64,000 bases of DNA from Stegostoma tigrinum (taxonomy: Eukaryota): contig NC_081369.1 of NCBI RefSeq assembly GCF_030684315.1, forward strand, positions 10,082,035 through 10,146,034. The letters are read 5' to 3'. The translations under genes were made by a program, and so were the position numbers. Positions 48,980 through 61,814 of the stretch are shown in pieces (the stretch's first letter is position 1; each line of letters begins with the position of its first letter). The notes beneath the pieces were generated by a model. That model was not told where the DNA came from and did no database searches. It worked only from the letters and a program-made list of their open reading frames with translations.

Positions 48980-51720
48980 AAGGTGACATTCTTTGTTATC
49001 TACCACACCTCCAAATTTGGTGTAATCTGCAAACTTACTAACTATACCTATTATGTTCAGACCGAAATTATTTGCATATATGGGACCAGCACTGATCTTT
49101 GTTGCACATTGCTGATCACAGGCCTTCAGCCTGCCAACCACCCTCCAGCACCACCATCTGCCTTCTACCTTCGGGCCATGTTTAGTTCTTAATCTATTTC
49201 ACGTGATCTAGCCTTGCTAGATCTAACCAGACTGTCATGAGGAACCTTGTCGAACATCTTACTAAAGTCATTATAGACAACTTCTTCAGCTCTTTCTCTC
49301 ATCAATGCTCCTCGTTACTTTTCTTCAAAAAACCCAGTTGAGGTAGTGAGAGATGATTTCCCAAACAAAAAGCCACCTTGACTATCCCTAAGCAGTCATT
49401 GTCTTTACAAATACATGTAAATCGTTTTGGTCATGATTCCCTCCAACAACTTGCCCAACACAAATGTCAGGCTTACTGGTCTGTAGATTCCTGTTTTTTT
49501 TCCTTACAACTTTTGTTAAATAGTGGCACCACGTTCGCCAACCTCCAGTCTTCCAGCACCTCACCTGTGGCTATTAATGTTAAAATATCTCAGCAAGGGA
49601 CCCAGCAATCACTTCCCTAGTTTTCCACAAAGTTCTAGGGTACATCTGATCAGGTCCCGGGGATTTATCCAGCTCTACGCGTTTTAAGATGTTCAGCAGC
49701 TCCACCTCTATAAGATGGACATTTTTCAAGATGTTGCTATTTATTTCCCCATGTTCTCTATCTTCCGTAACATTCTGCCCAGTAAACGCTGATGCAAAAT
49801 ATTCACTTAGATCTCCACCATCTCCTGCAGTTCCGTACACAGGTGGCCTTGCTGATCTTTAAAGGGCCTGTTCTCTCCCTAGTTACCCTTTATTCCTTAA
49901 TATATCTGGATGCTACTTCACCTTATTTGCCAAAGCTATGTCATGCCCTCCTGATTTACCTCTTATGTATACTCTACTGACATTATACTCTCCTTAGGGA
50001 GTCACTCCATCTTGCTGTCTGGACCTGACATATGCTTCTTATTTATTCTCTATCAAAACCTAAAGTTCTGTAGTCATCCAGTATTCCTGCACGTACCAGA
50101 CTTGCCCTTCACCCTAACAGAAAGGCACCATCTCTGGACTCTTGTTATTACATTTTTGAAGGTTTCCCATTTTCCAGCTGTCAAATTGACCTGCAAACAT
50201 CCACGCTCAATCAACTTTTGAAATTTTTTGCCTCAACCCATCGCAATTGGCCTTCCTCCAATTTAGAAGTTCAACTTTTAAATCTAGTCTATCACTTTCC
50301 ATAACTGTTTTAAATCTATTTGAATAATGTTCACTGGCTCCAAAAATGCCCCACCCCCCATAAAACCTCAGTCATTTGCTCTGCCAGTTTTACAATTAGT
50401 AGGTCAAGTTTTCTACTTTTTCTGGTAGATACATCAACATACTACCTCAAAAGATTTTCTTGTATACACTTAACAAAAACATTTCCATCGTAGCCTTTAA
50501 AATCCTGGCTGTCCGAGTCTATGTTTGGAAAGTTAAAATTGCCTATTGTTACAACCCTATTAATTTGCAAATAATTTAGTTCTACATGCAAATTTGTTTC
50601 TCAATTTCTCTCTGGTTATTTGGGCTGGGGTGGGTTCTATAGAACAATCTCAATCATGTCATCATCACTTTCTAATTTCTCAGTTCCACCCAAGTAACTT
50701 CCCTCGACATATTCCCTGGAATACTCTCCCAAAGTGCAACCACAATTTTATTCCTCACAAAATGTCACTCTTCCTCTCTTGCCCTCCTTTCTATCCTTCC
50801 TATAGCATCTACACCCTGGAACATTAAACGCCAGTCCCATTCGTAGCTGAGCCACAGCTCTGTAATTTCTATGACATCCCAATTCCATGTTATCAACCAT
50901 GCCCTTCATTCTTCGGCTTTACCTGTTAGGCTTCTTTCATGGAAATAAATGCACTTCAATTGATAAGTCCTACCTCGTTCTTTGCTTTTTTCCTGCCTGC
51001 CATGAGCATTTCACTTACTCCTTTTTTGAGCTGTACCAGTCTCAGACTGATCTCTTTCCTCACACTTTCCCTGGGCCCCCTACCCCATAAACACCACTAT
51101 TAGTTTAATTCCTCTGAACATCTCTAGCAAATCTCCCCTACTTTAAATTAGTCCCCTTAGAATGCAGGTACATTCCGTCCTCCTAATAAAAGTCCTTTCT
51201 ATCCCACAGGGGATTCCAATGGTCCAAAAATGTGAGTCCGTCTCCCCTGCACCAGCTCTTCAGCCAGACATTCATCCGCTCTATTCTCCTAATTCTACAC
51301 TTACTATTATCAAATAACTCCCCAACCGTAGATGTTAAACGCATAGGCTTGTAGTTTTTAAGTTTATCTCTAACACTGCTCTTGATAAATTATACCACAT
51401 TAGCTATCCTTCAATCTTCTGGCAGCCCCTTCGTTGCAAGAGAGAATTTAAGCACGGACATCAGAGACCCTGCAATCTCCTCGCTTGCAACCCACATATG
51501 CCTTGGGCACTTCCCACTGGGTCCCAAAAATTTGTGTACTTCCAAATATGTTAAAACTGTTAATCCCTCCTCCCTCTCAACGGTAACTTGTTGAGGTATA
51601 TTACGGTACGACTCCATGATCGACATCGTCCTTGTCTTCAGTGATCACAGACGCAAAGTACCTATTTCAGTCTTCAGCTGTGTCTTCAGGTTCCACACAG
51701 ATTGCCACTTTTGTCATTAC
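48980..51720 (-). mobile_element. CR1-type LINE ORF2 fragments (endonuclease to RT)
   Basis: SKFADYTKFGGVV, DKSPGPDQMYPRTL and HKFLGPSGKCPR..EEIA on the minus strand. Confidence 0.82.
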
Positions 51721-53264
51721 TCTTTCCTTTGCTTGTTCTATATTTCCTGTTGAAAATTAATAAAATGGTCTGGAGTGTGAGCGTTTGATTTTGTTTAGCC
51801 TGGTTACTGGCTCTCTTCTGAGGTCAAAATCAATAAGCACTGAACTTACTGCCGGTCTTCCTTATTTTAACAGCTTTGCTAGTTTCGAAATATATTTTCC
51901 CGAAGTCAACTGTTTGGATGTGGGACTGTAAAACTGCCTCCTCGTGCATACACAACATCCCAATCCAGGTTCGAACCTTCACACCGACAACATCAGCAGA
52001 ATCGCTTTGGATCCGGGTTCTGTAGAATGCAGCACTCCTATCCAAACAAACGTACCAGATTCCACCAAGTGTCTGACAAAGTTGTCCAAAGCGCATTTGC
52101 ACTTCAATTAATCAAGGCTATTTGGCATTAGAGATACACTGAATCAACTGGACATCAAGTCTGAAATGTTGTGGACAATTTAACTGTTTGCAAGCCTGCT
52201 GACTAAGAGCGCTGCAGTAGTTTACATTGTGGTTTATATAATACGATCAATGCCCCCATTTAATATTGATCTAGATAAATGGACTGTACCGTATTTCACT
52301 GCAACATTCATCCAAATTTCTGCAATTACTGTGACAAATATTGTTGAATATACTGGAGAACCAGGATAATTGGTTACTTATGGCATTTGTCCATGGATTC
52401 TCAGATTTACCACGTAATCTTATAGGATTTTTTTTTACCTTTGTAACGTTAACGCGAAAGGAGTGGTATGTATCTACAGTCGTGTCTCCAGCACAGTTTT
52501 GCAATCAAGAATACAGCACACCATTCAGCCCATGTATTCTGATCCATCATTTAGTTAGTTCACGGCTGACCTGTGTCTCAAAACTACTTAGCTGTATGGT
52601 TCCAGATCCCTGAGTACTATTAATGACCACAAATCTACTTTCCCACTGTTAAATATTAACATCGTCAGCCGTTTGAACAGCAGGTTCCTGATTCATATGA
52701 ACGTTTTCCTGAAAAAGAAATGTTTCGTCTTTTCAATTATGGATGTTTGGTGTAAATGTTTAAGGTATTCTCCTGTTTTGGATTTTGACTAGTGTAAGCT
52801 CAGCAATGGAGATCTGGTCCGGAAAAAGAAGAATTTATGTTTGAAAGTTAATTAGGTAGACCTGAAACGGGACCTAGATTACAGGCATCATTGCAAGCTA
52901 AGTCATGCACGAACATTAATATTTCAACAAATAAACGTTAGAAGCAAAAATAGTAATGTGGAACTAGTATCAGCTTTGGCTAGATCTCGTGGATTTTTGT
53001 GTAGAGAATTCACGAGAGAACAGCACATCAGAACAACTTATCAGAAAATGCTAGGACAATGCTCTCCAGAAAGTTAAAGGTTGAGGTTGACCTGATCAAC
53101 ACTTGTCTAATCATAAAAGAAACTCAGCACGTCTGGCAACATGTATGTTGAGAGGAACAATGTTAATGTTATGAGTTCAGTAGGACTCTTCTTCGGAATT
53201 GAAGGGGCTGCAAAAATTGATTTTATGCTGATGACCTAGGGGGATGCGCCAGGGTGGGGAACCT

Positions 53265-54560
53265 GCTCAGCCTACCTTCATAAGACGTTCCCTCTACATC
53301 CGGTATTAGCTTAGTGAAAATTTCCAGGTGGTCCTCCAATGCCAGGAAATCTTTCGTTAGATAATGGCAATAAAGCTGCTCATAGTTTTCGAGCTACAGT
53401 CTAATTAGTGCCTTGCATGCTTTGAACAAATTCTCCCGATTGTGTATTCCATTCACTTTGAAATAAAGGGCAATATTCTATTTCCCTTCCATATTAACTT
53501 TTAAGCTTGTATTCTAGCTTTTTTGTGATTCGTGGACAAGGACTCAAAAATCTTTCCGTTCCATAGCTTTCTTCAGTATTTATTCAAGTCGATTATTCTT
53601 CCTGGCATTCTTCAAGTCCCTCACATTCTTCAAATTATTGCCCACTCGTGTAACATGTTGATATTCCTCTGCAAAACCTGTGTCATCCTCACCAACTGAT
53701 TTCCCACATGTCTTTGTGCCATCTGCAAACCTGGCAATAGAACATTCACCTTCCTCATTAAAGACCTTAATATATATTGCGAACAGTTGTGTCCGCAGCA
53801 CAGAACCCCACCAAGCTCCACTAGAGTCATAGAGATGTAACATATGGAAACAAGCCCTTCAGTCCAGCTCGTCCATGCTGACCTGACATCCTAAATTATT
53901 CTAGCCCCATTTGCGAGCATTTAGCCCATATACCACTAAACAATTTCTTCTCATGTACTCATACAGATGCTTTTTAATTTTTTTAATTGTACCAGTCTCC
54001 ACCAGTGCTTCTGTCACCACCCTCTACATGAAACTGTTAAGCCTTAGGCCCCTTTTTAAATATTTCCACTCTCATCTGAAACCTATGCCCTCCAATTTAA
54101 ACTCCCATACCCTGGGGAAACGATCTTGGCTGTTGACTCTACCCATGCCTATCATGATTTTATAAACCCCTATCAGGCTACATCTGAGCCTTCAATGCTA
54201 CACGGAAAGTAACCTCAGTCTATTGAGCCTTTTCCTATGGCTCAAACACTCTAACCCTGGCAACATCCTTGCAAGTATTTTCTGAATCATTTCAAGTTTC
54301 ACAACATCTTTCCTTTAGCTGGGAGAACAGAATTGAATGCAGCATTCCAAAAGTGGCCTACTTAACGTCCTGCAACATGATTTCTCAAATCCGATGTTCA
54401 ATGCAATGACCAAGAAAGGCAAGCGTACCAAACACCTTCTTCACTATACTGTCAATCTGTGACTACTTTCAAGGAACTAAGAACCTGCACTCCAAGTTCT
54501 CTAACTTCAGCAACACTTTCAAGCACCTTGCCATTAAGTGTATTTGCAGGTTTCCTTCCT
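53265..54560 (-). mobile_element. CR1 fragments (paralogous to 20.77-22.07 kb)
   Basis: GSVLRTQLFAIYI...RFADGTK, colinear with copy A. Confidence 0.78.
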
Positions 54561-55724
54561 GAACTGTGGAGGGAAAATCTCTACATAAGATGAGGTTAGA
54601 AACTGTCCCAAAAATAACAGCTTGGTGTTCTGTGGGCCATGGGTCGGAAAAGTGGATGAGTCTGAAAGTTGTTGTTTAACCTATGCTAGGTAGAAGAGAA
54701 CAGCACCATCCTGACCAACAAAACTGCTAACGCATTCAGAGTGAAAACTGCGAGAATGTTGTGCAGCAAATTCAGAGGGACAAAGGTTACAATATGCAAA
54801 TAGAGCAGAGCAAATAAAACAGTCAATGTCAAACTGACAAGTCTCATGCTCAAAGACTGATGGAGTGTTCGAGTGGAGGGGTTGCTTGGAAGTGAATGAT
54901 AGAGTCCATGGAACAGTATGGGGACTCCTGCCCCAGAGTTCAACGTCATGTTCTGGCTTAAATTAATTGAGGTGGGGGCATGTGGGAGAAAGTAAATTAC
55001 TTACAGAGTATTGATTGCCAGCATCTGAATATAGAAAGAAAATTCACCATAGACTTATGGCACCATAGGCTGCTGTCTAAATTGCACATGAGAACAGAGG
55101 TTGTGAAGGAAAATATATTATGTTGACCTCAGCCAGTGCAAGAATTACACTCGGTGCCACTCTGCATCACCAACCAGCCATTCAAAATAACTAGTCCTCA
55201 TTGGAATGGTGAATACCTCGAGGCTATTGTGAGTCCAGGGCAAATTGTGGAATTGGAAGAAAGGATGAAATCAGAGTGAAGGAGAGGGAGGGAAGGGCAT
55301 CAGTATTTCTGATTCTTTTTGAGCTTGAGTTCCTTAAGAATTCAAAGGAAGAAAAGTGATTCTTACTAAAGTTGTGCATGAAATAAAGACTAAAATAGGA
55401 CTGTGAACTAGAACAGTGTGAGGTAGTGTTGATGGGGAGAAAGATTTAAGAGAGTGCATGTGGCGGCACGTGGCACCGGTTATGGATGTGGGATAAGGTG
55501 GGGTCAGTTGAGTATTATTGCTGACCAATTTTCTCACACTTCTGCTGCATCCAAGGAGGATTAAATGATTATGATAATCCCCCATCATGTCCACCCACAC
55601 TTGCATTTGCAGCCCAGAAAGCAAGCCATCTTAAGCAAGCACCCAACCACTCTTAGGACAAACTGCATTTCCAGTGCATCCCGGCCAGAATTTCAATACA
55701 ATTTATTCATTCTACTGCCCTTGT

Positions 55725-56408
55725 CCTTCTGGATGCAAGTGATAATGGGTTTAGTCAGCGCTGTCTGAGGATCCTTGGTGAATTTCTGCATTGCATCTTG
55801 TAGATAGTACACACTGCTTCTACTGAGCACTGGTGATGGGCAGAGTGGACACTTGTGGATGTAGTGCCAATCAAGTGGGCTGCTATGTCCTGGATGGTGT
55901 CAAGCTTCTTGAGTATTGTTGGGGCTGCACTCAGCCAGACTACTGGGGAGGATTCCATCACAATCCTGTTCGATGCCTTGTCGATGGTGGACAGGCTTTG
56001 AGGAGCCAAGAGGTGAGTTACTGGTCACAGTATTCCTAGCTTCTGGCCTGCTCTTGTAGCCACTGTGTTTATGTGGTGACTCCAGTTGAGTTTCTGGTCA
56101 ATGTTAACGCCCAGGATGTTGACAGCAGGGGATTCAGTGATGGTGACACCATTGAATGCCAAGGGGTGGTGATTAGAATGTCTATTTTTGGTGCTGGTCA
56201 TAGCCTGACATTTGTGTGGTGTGAATGTCACTTGCCACTTGTCAACCCAAGCCTGGGTATTATCCAGACCATGTGCATTTGAACATGGACTGCTTCAGTG
56301 TCTGAGGAATAATGAATGGTGCTGAACATTGTGCAAACATCAACGAACATTTCCATTTTGACCTTATGATGGTGGGAAGGTCATTGATAAAGCAGCTGAG
56401 ATGATGTC
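55725..56408 (-). mobile_element. Second-family LINE 3' portion (inverted relative to copy A)
   Basis: TFTPHKCQAMTS, ILGVNIDQKLNW and MESSPVVWLSAAP on the minus strand. Confidence 0.82.
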
Positions 56409-58131
56409 TAAATAGGAATTTACAGGATTTTCTGGCGCATGTACACAGACATACATAATCTTATATGAGCACATAGGCAGTTATATACACATTCATATAT
56501 GAGTACAAGTATATAACTATACAAATATTCAAAAGGACACAGACATAAATATCTACATACGCGGACCAGGCCAAATACAGTAAATTGACAGTTGATTTGA
56601 TGTCTCTCAAGTGTGAACTCTTACAACTTATCTACGAAAATAGATCACGACTTCTCGCTCGTTTTTATTATCATTTAGCTAATCATAGCGCTTGGAGAGC
56701 AGAACTTCATCACAGCTAATAGCATATCGGAAATACTTGTGGTTAGGCACTGCGTGCATTTCAGCATATGCTGGTTAACATGGCGCTCATCCTACCTTGT
56801 TTGACGTTCGGAAGAAAAATATTTTAAGAAACGTATTTGTAAGTTCGCGTCAGTCAACCAAACACTTCTACTGTCGCTCTGCAATATCTATGTTTAGCGA
56901 TATCCTCAGCGTTCTGATTCTGAAAAGCAATATGCGATTACATTACCCTGAAGTCAACTCAATCGTCGTTGTCATTCTGAGTTTGTCTTTAATTCAATAC
57001 CTGCTGTTTCTGCTGCTGCTGCTTCATTCTGGGCCGTTTAATTTGCAGGTGTTCTCAGTGGTGTGTCGCATTGCTTTACACTTTCATTTACACAGCCATT
57101 TGTAGGACCAGAAATCAGGTTCCAAGTGTACTTAAAGCAGAATGGAAATCAAATATTATGAACTGCATACATGACAAGATGGCGGCAGGGTAAGTTGCTC
57201 CAATTTGGAGTTCCATCCTGCTCGCCGGGTGGAGCTCCAAATTCGCATGACGGAATCGACCTCCTTGGTGTGTTAGCGATTGGAGCGGCGCCTGCATCGT
57301 TGTGGAGATGGGACTTGGAATCAAACCTGGACGTTTTTTTTTCCCCTTTTGGCTCTGTTAAAATATTTTAATTCTTTTTTTTGTTATCAAACGGGCGGCT
57401 GCGAATGGCGACTCTGTGCAATTCTCGCTGTACTTATGTATTTCTATACTTAGATTAGATTAGATTCCCTGCTATATATAATTAACTTTGGAGAAAAGTA
57501 GATTCTTTTTCTCTGTGAGAACATCTGACAGAGAATCAGTTGTGCTTTTCTTTCGAGGGAATCACTGCACGATTGACTACGTCCAGAGAGCAAAGTCCTT
57601 CGTTATTGTGTTACATCAAGCCAGGAAACATTCAGAAAAAAATGACAATTATATCCAGTTATAACGGAGAATAGCATTTTGGCTAAATAAAAACTTCTCA
57701 GGGAAATGAATTGTCGAATTTTTTTGGATTGCACATTCCAAAAGAATGCTCCTGTTATGGTAGAAAATGGCATAATACAAATCACCCATTGATTTTCTGC
57801 GGCGCATTTTGCGGCCACTTGAGCTACCATAGTGCTTTATAGGCAACGTGACATGTTTGAAAAGTCTACATTTGCCATGTTGTCGCTCTCATGGTGGAAA
57901 CATGGTTCTCACACTGCACAAAAAAAGAACCCTCCCAATAACTTACTTCAGTGAAGTTGGTTGAGGGATAAATATTAGCTAGGACACAATCAATACGATA
58001 AGTGATGGTACAAACCATCTTTTATCCACCGCTTTTTAAAAACAATTTCGCAGGAGTATATCCACATAGTATATCATCTATAAATGCATCACAATCTGAC
58101 TACAAAGTGACACACAAGCAACATGACACGG

Positions 58132-59327
58132 TTAGCAAAGTGTAGAGCTGGAGGAACACAGCAGGCCAAGGCAGCGTCAAAAGAGGAGGAAAGCTGACGT
58201 TTCGGGTTGGGAAAAGTCCTAATCTGGCCCTGACTGCGACAACCTCAACTGAAATAACATCCAGAGCCTCCAAAAGTGGTTTTCTCTACGAATCCTCAAG
58301 CACACGCTCTCAACAATGCGCCAACATCTTCTGGCACTACATTATCCCAGCTCAGAGTCTCCCTGTCTCAGACCGGCAAAGAACCCCTTCCGTTCTTCAT
58401 TCTACGCAGCATTAAAGAACACTTCTACTCCACCCTGTCTGACATTAAAAAAAAACATAAGTACACTAATCGTACCAGTGTCTACCATCGAACACAGACC
58501 TCTCCGACCTCCCAATTCTTCCTCCCCATTTCTGAAGCGGAGTCCCGACCCGAAACTGCTGCGTTCCTCCAGCTCCACACTTTGATATCTCTGACTCTAG
58601 CATCTACACTTCTCACTATCTCAGTTGACTACTGACCCCACTGAGAACGTTTTTCCAAGCATGCCCACTTGAAAAAGTTGTCCTCCTTCATCAGGAAAGA
58701 GCTCAGAGAGTCTCTCTCCCACTGCAACCGTCTGGTAATCTCTTTGGCCTTGAAAGTCTTTGAACACATACTCAAACAAATCAGGTACTACAGCCAGATC
58801 TCCTTTCACCGTATCAGACTACGAAATTGGGTCATCCCCAATGGACTCAAATCTACATTCAGGCCATCCTAATATAGCCCTGACCGCGACAGCTCTAAAT
58901 AAACAACAACTGAGCCTCCAAAAACTGTTTTCTGTATCGATCCTCAAGCACACACTCAACAATGTGCCGACATCTTCTAGCACTACTATCAAAATCACCA
59001 CAGCTCAGGCCCTCCTTCTCACAGACCTGCAAGGAACCTGAACTGTTCTACATTCTGTGCAGGATCCACTGTCTTAAACTGCACTTTTAATCCACACTGT
59101 CTGTCATTAAAATACGTAAGTAGACTAAACTTACCTGAGCCTTCAACCAAACACGGGTCTCTTCCATCACACCAACCCCCCACCCCCAAGCCATCCTCCT
59201 CATCTCTGAAGAAGGGTCCCAATCGCAAGCGTCCCCTTTCTTGTCCCCCTGATGCTGCCTGGCCTGCTGTGTTTCTTGTGCTCCACCTTGTTATCTCCGA
59301 CTCCGGTACCTGCAATTCTTCCCATCT
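58132..59327 (+). mobile_element. Composite non-autonomous Penelope derivative (inverted end, ORF N-term piece, end, ORF N-term, end) with 13-bp TSD
   Basis: TSD caacatgacacgg at 58119-58131 and 59328-59340. Internal repeat ~58218-58470 / ~58868-59125. ORF 58669 carries the Penelope N-terminal motif SF..IRLRNWVIPNGL. No RT. Confidence 0.8.
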
Positions 59328-59927
59328 CAACATGACACGGACTGTTATGAGGTTCTTGACTATCGTTTTCATTTACACAGTTTAGTTCTGCGAAGTGAAA
59401 TTGATGGCCACTCGTTTATAATCTACCCCAGCATACTCTTAGTTGCCAAAGATCTTGGGCTGCTGTGTCAAGAGTTGTGATGTTAGTTTGCCGGGTTATC
59501 AAGAATCAGAGGCAAAACTTCCACTCAATGTTCCGAATTCCACGAAAGTTCTGGCTCCGGATTTACATTGGAAGATGGGAGCAATGGGGAGAAAAATGTT
59601 ACAGCTTAATAGTATGACATTGCGACTACCTCTTCATAAAATGTGTTTCATGTGCATTGAGTTCTGTAAGAGTCCTCAGGAAATGCAATAACCCCATCAA
59701 CTTCACATGTCTCAGCTCTATCATCTGTATCACCAAGTGATATAAGTATATTTTATTATCGCATAAGGCATCATTAACTTACTTTTGAAATATCTCTGCT
59801 TGTGCCGGAAGCAACAGAGGAAACCGAATTGTTCATTGCACAATCTTGTTACCAATAGTAGATAAAAGAAATGACTTGCATGCAGATGCATAGCCATCCA
59901 AAGAATTCACAACTATGCGTTACTTTC

Positions 59928-61569
59928 TCACTTCCTACAGACTAAGGGGGTGGCCATGGGCACCCGCATGGGCCCCAGCTATGCCTGCCTCTTTGTAGGT
60001 TACGTGGAACAGTCCCTCTTCCGCACCTACACAGGCCCCAAACCCCACCTCTTCCTCCGGTACATTGATGACTGTATCGGCGCTGCCTCTTGCTCCCCAG
60101 AGGAGCTCGAACAGTTCATCCACTTCACCAACACCTTCCACCCCAACCTTCAGTTCACCTGGGCCATCTCCAGCACATCCCTCACCTTCCTGGACCTCTC
60201 AGTCTCCATCTCAGGCAACCAGCTTGTAACTGATGTCCATTTCAAGCCCACCGACTCCCACAGCTACCTAGAATACACCTCCTCCCACCCACCCTCCTGC
60301 AAAAATTCCATCCCCTATTCCCAATTCCTCCGCCTCCGCCGCATCTGCTCCCACGATAAGACATTCCACTCCCGCACATCCCAGATGTCCAAGTTCTTTA
60401 AGGACCGCAACTTTCCCCCCACGGTGATTGAGAACGCCCTTGACCGCGTCTCCCGCATTTCCCGCGACACATCCCTCACACCCCGCCGCCGCCACAACCG
60501 CCCCAAGAGGATCCCCCTCGTTCTCACACACCACCCTACCAACCTCCGGATACAACGCATTATCCTCCGACACTTCCGCCATTTACAATCCGACCCCACC
60601 ACCCAAGACATTTTTCCATCCCCTCCCCTGTCTGCTTTCCGGAGAGACCACTCTCTCCGTGACTCCCTTGTTCGCTCCACACTGCCCTCCAACCCCACCA
60701 CACCCGGCACCTTCCCCTGCAACCGCAGGAAATGCTACACTTGTCCCCACACCTCCTCCCTCACCCCCATCCCAGGCCCCAAGATGACATTCCACATTAA
60801 GCAGAGGTTCACCTGCACATCTGCCAATGTGGTATACTGCATCCACTGTACCCGGTGCGGCTTCCTCTACATTGGGGAAACCAAGCGGAGGCTTGGGGAC
60901 CGCTTTGCAGAACACCTCCGCTCAGTTCGCAACAAACAACTGCACCTCCCAGTGGCAAACCATTTCCACTCCCCCTCCCATTCTCTTGATGACATGTCCA
61001 TCATGGGCCTCCTGCACTGCCACAATGATGCCACCCGAAGGTTGCAGGAACAGCAACTCATATTCCGCCTGGGAACCCTGCAGCCATATGGTATCAATGT
61101 GGACTTCACCAGTTTCAAAATCTCCCCTTCCCCTACTGCATCCCTAAAGCAGCCCAGTGCATCCCCTCCCACCACTGCACCACACAACCAGCCCAGCTCT
61201 TCCCCCCCACCCACTGCATCCCAAAACCAGTCCAACCTGTCTCTGCCTCCCTAACCGGTTCTTCCTCTCACCCATCCCTTCCTCCCACCCCAAGCCGCAC
61301 CCCCAGCTACCTACTAACCTCATCCCACCTCCTTGACCTGTCCGTCTTCCCTGGACTGACCTATCCCCTCCCTACCTCCCCACCTACACCCTCTCCACCT
61401 ATCTTCTCTACTCTCCATCTTCGGTCCGCCTCCCCCTCTCTCCCTATTTATTCCAGTTCCCTCCCCCCAACCCCCTCTCTGATGAAGGGTCTAGGCCCGA
61501 AACGTCAGCTTTTGTGCTCCTGAGATGCTGCTTGGCCTGCTGTGTTCATCCAGCCTCACATTTTATTAT
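59928..61569 (+). mobile_element. Young 5'-truncated Penelope-like element with intact RT C-half, thumb and GIY-YIG ORF; 15-bp TSD
   Basis: Uninterrupted 434-aa ORF (GVAMGTRMGPSYA, RYIDD, CNRRKCYTC, NVVYCIHCTRCGFLYIGET). TSD ctatgcgttactttc (59913-59927) / ctatgcattactttc (61570-61584). Confidence 0.96.
61479..61506 (+). ncRNA. Minimal hammerhead ribozyme motif in the Penelope 3' terminal repeat
   Basis: CTGATGA-aGGGtctaggCCC-GAAA-CG-TC: conserved hammerhead core boxes, a short helix II and a palindromic ACGT in place of helix III. Confidence 0.6.
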
Positions 61570-61814
61570 CTATGCATTACTTTCGATGGTTTGACAACTG
61601 TTGTAGTGCAAAGAAACATAAAAGACAGGTAGCAAACTAATGAATGATATGCACAGCATTTAGGTAGTCTGGAAATACCATCTGTGAATTAAACTGGTCA
61701 GAACGTCAGAAGAGCTACTTGTGGTATGTGAACAATACCTATTAAATGAAGGCATCAAAGGTACCATTCAGAGAAAAATACGCTTGTAAACATGATTTTT
61801 TCCCCATTAACTTC

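Noticed and set aside
57170-57470. Promoter or first exon with a YY1 motif (aagatggcggc)
   Set aside because: It ends in a TTAGA-repeat tail and is absent from copy A, so a repeat insertion is more likely than a gene start.
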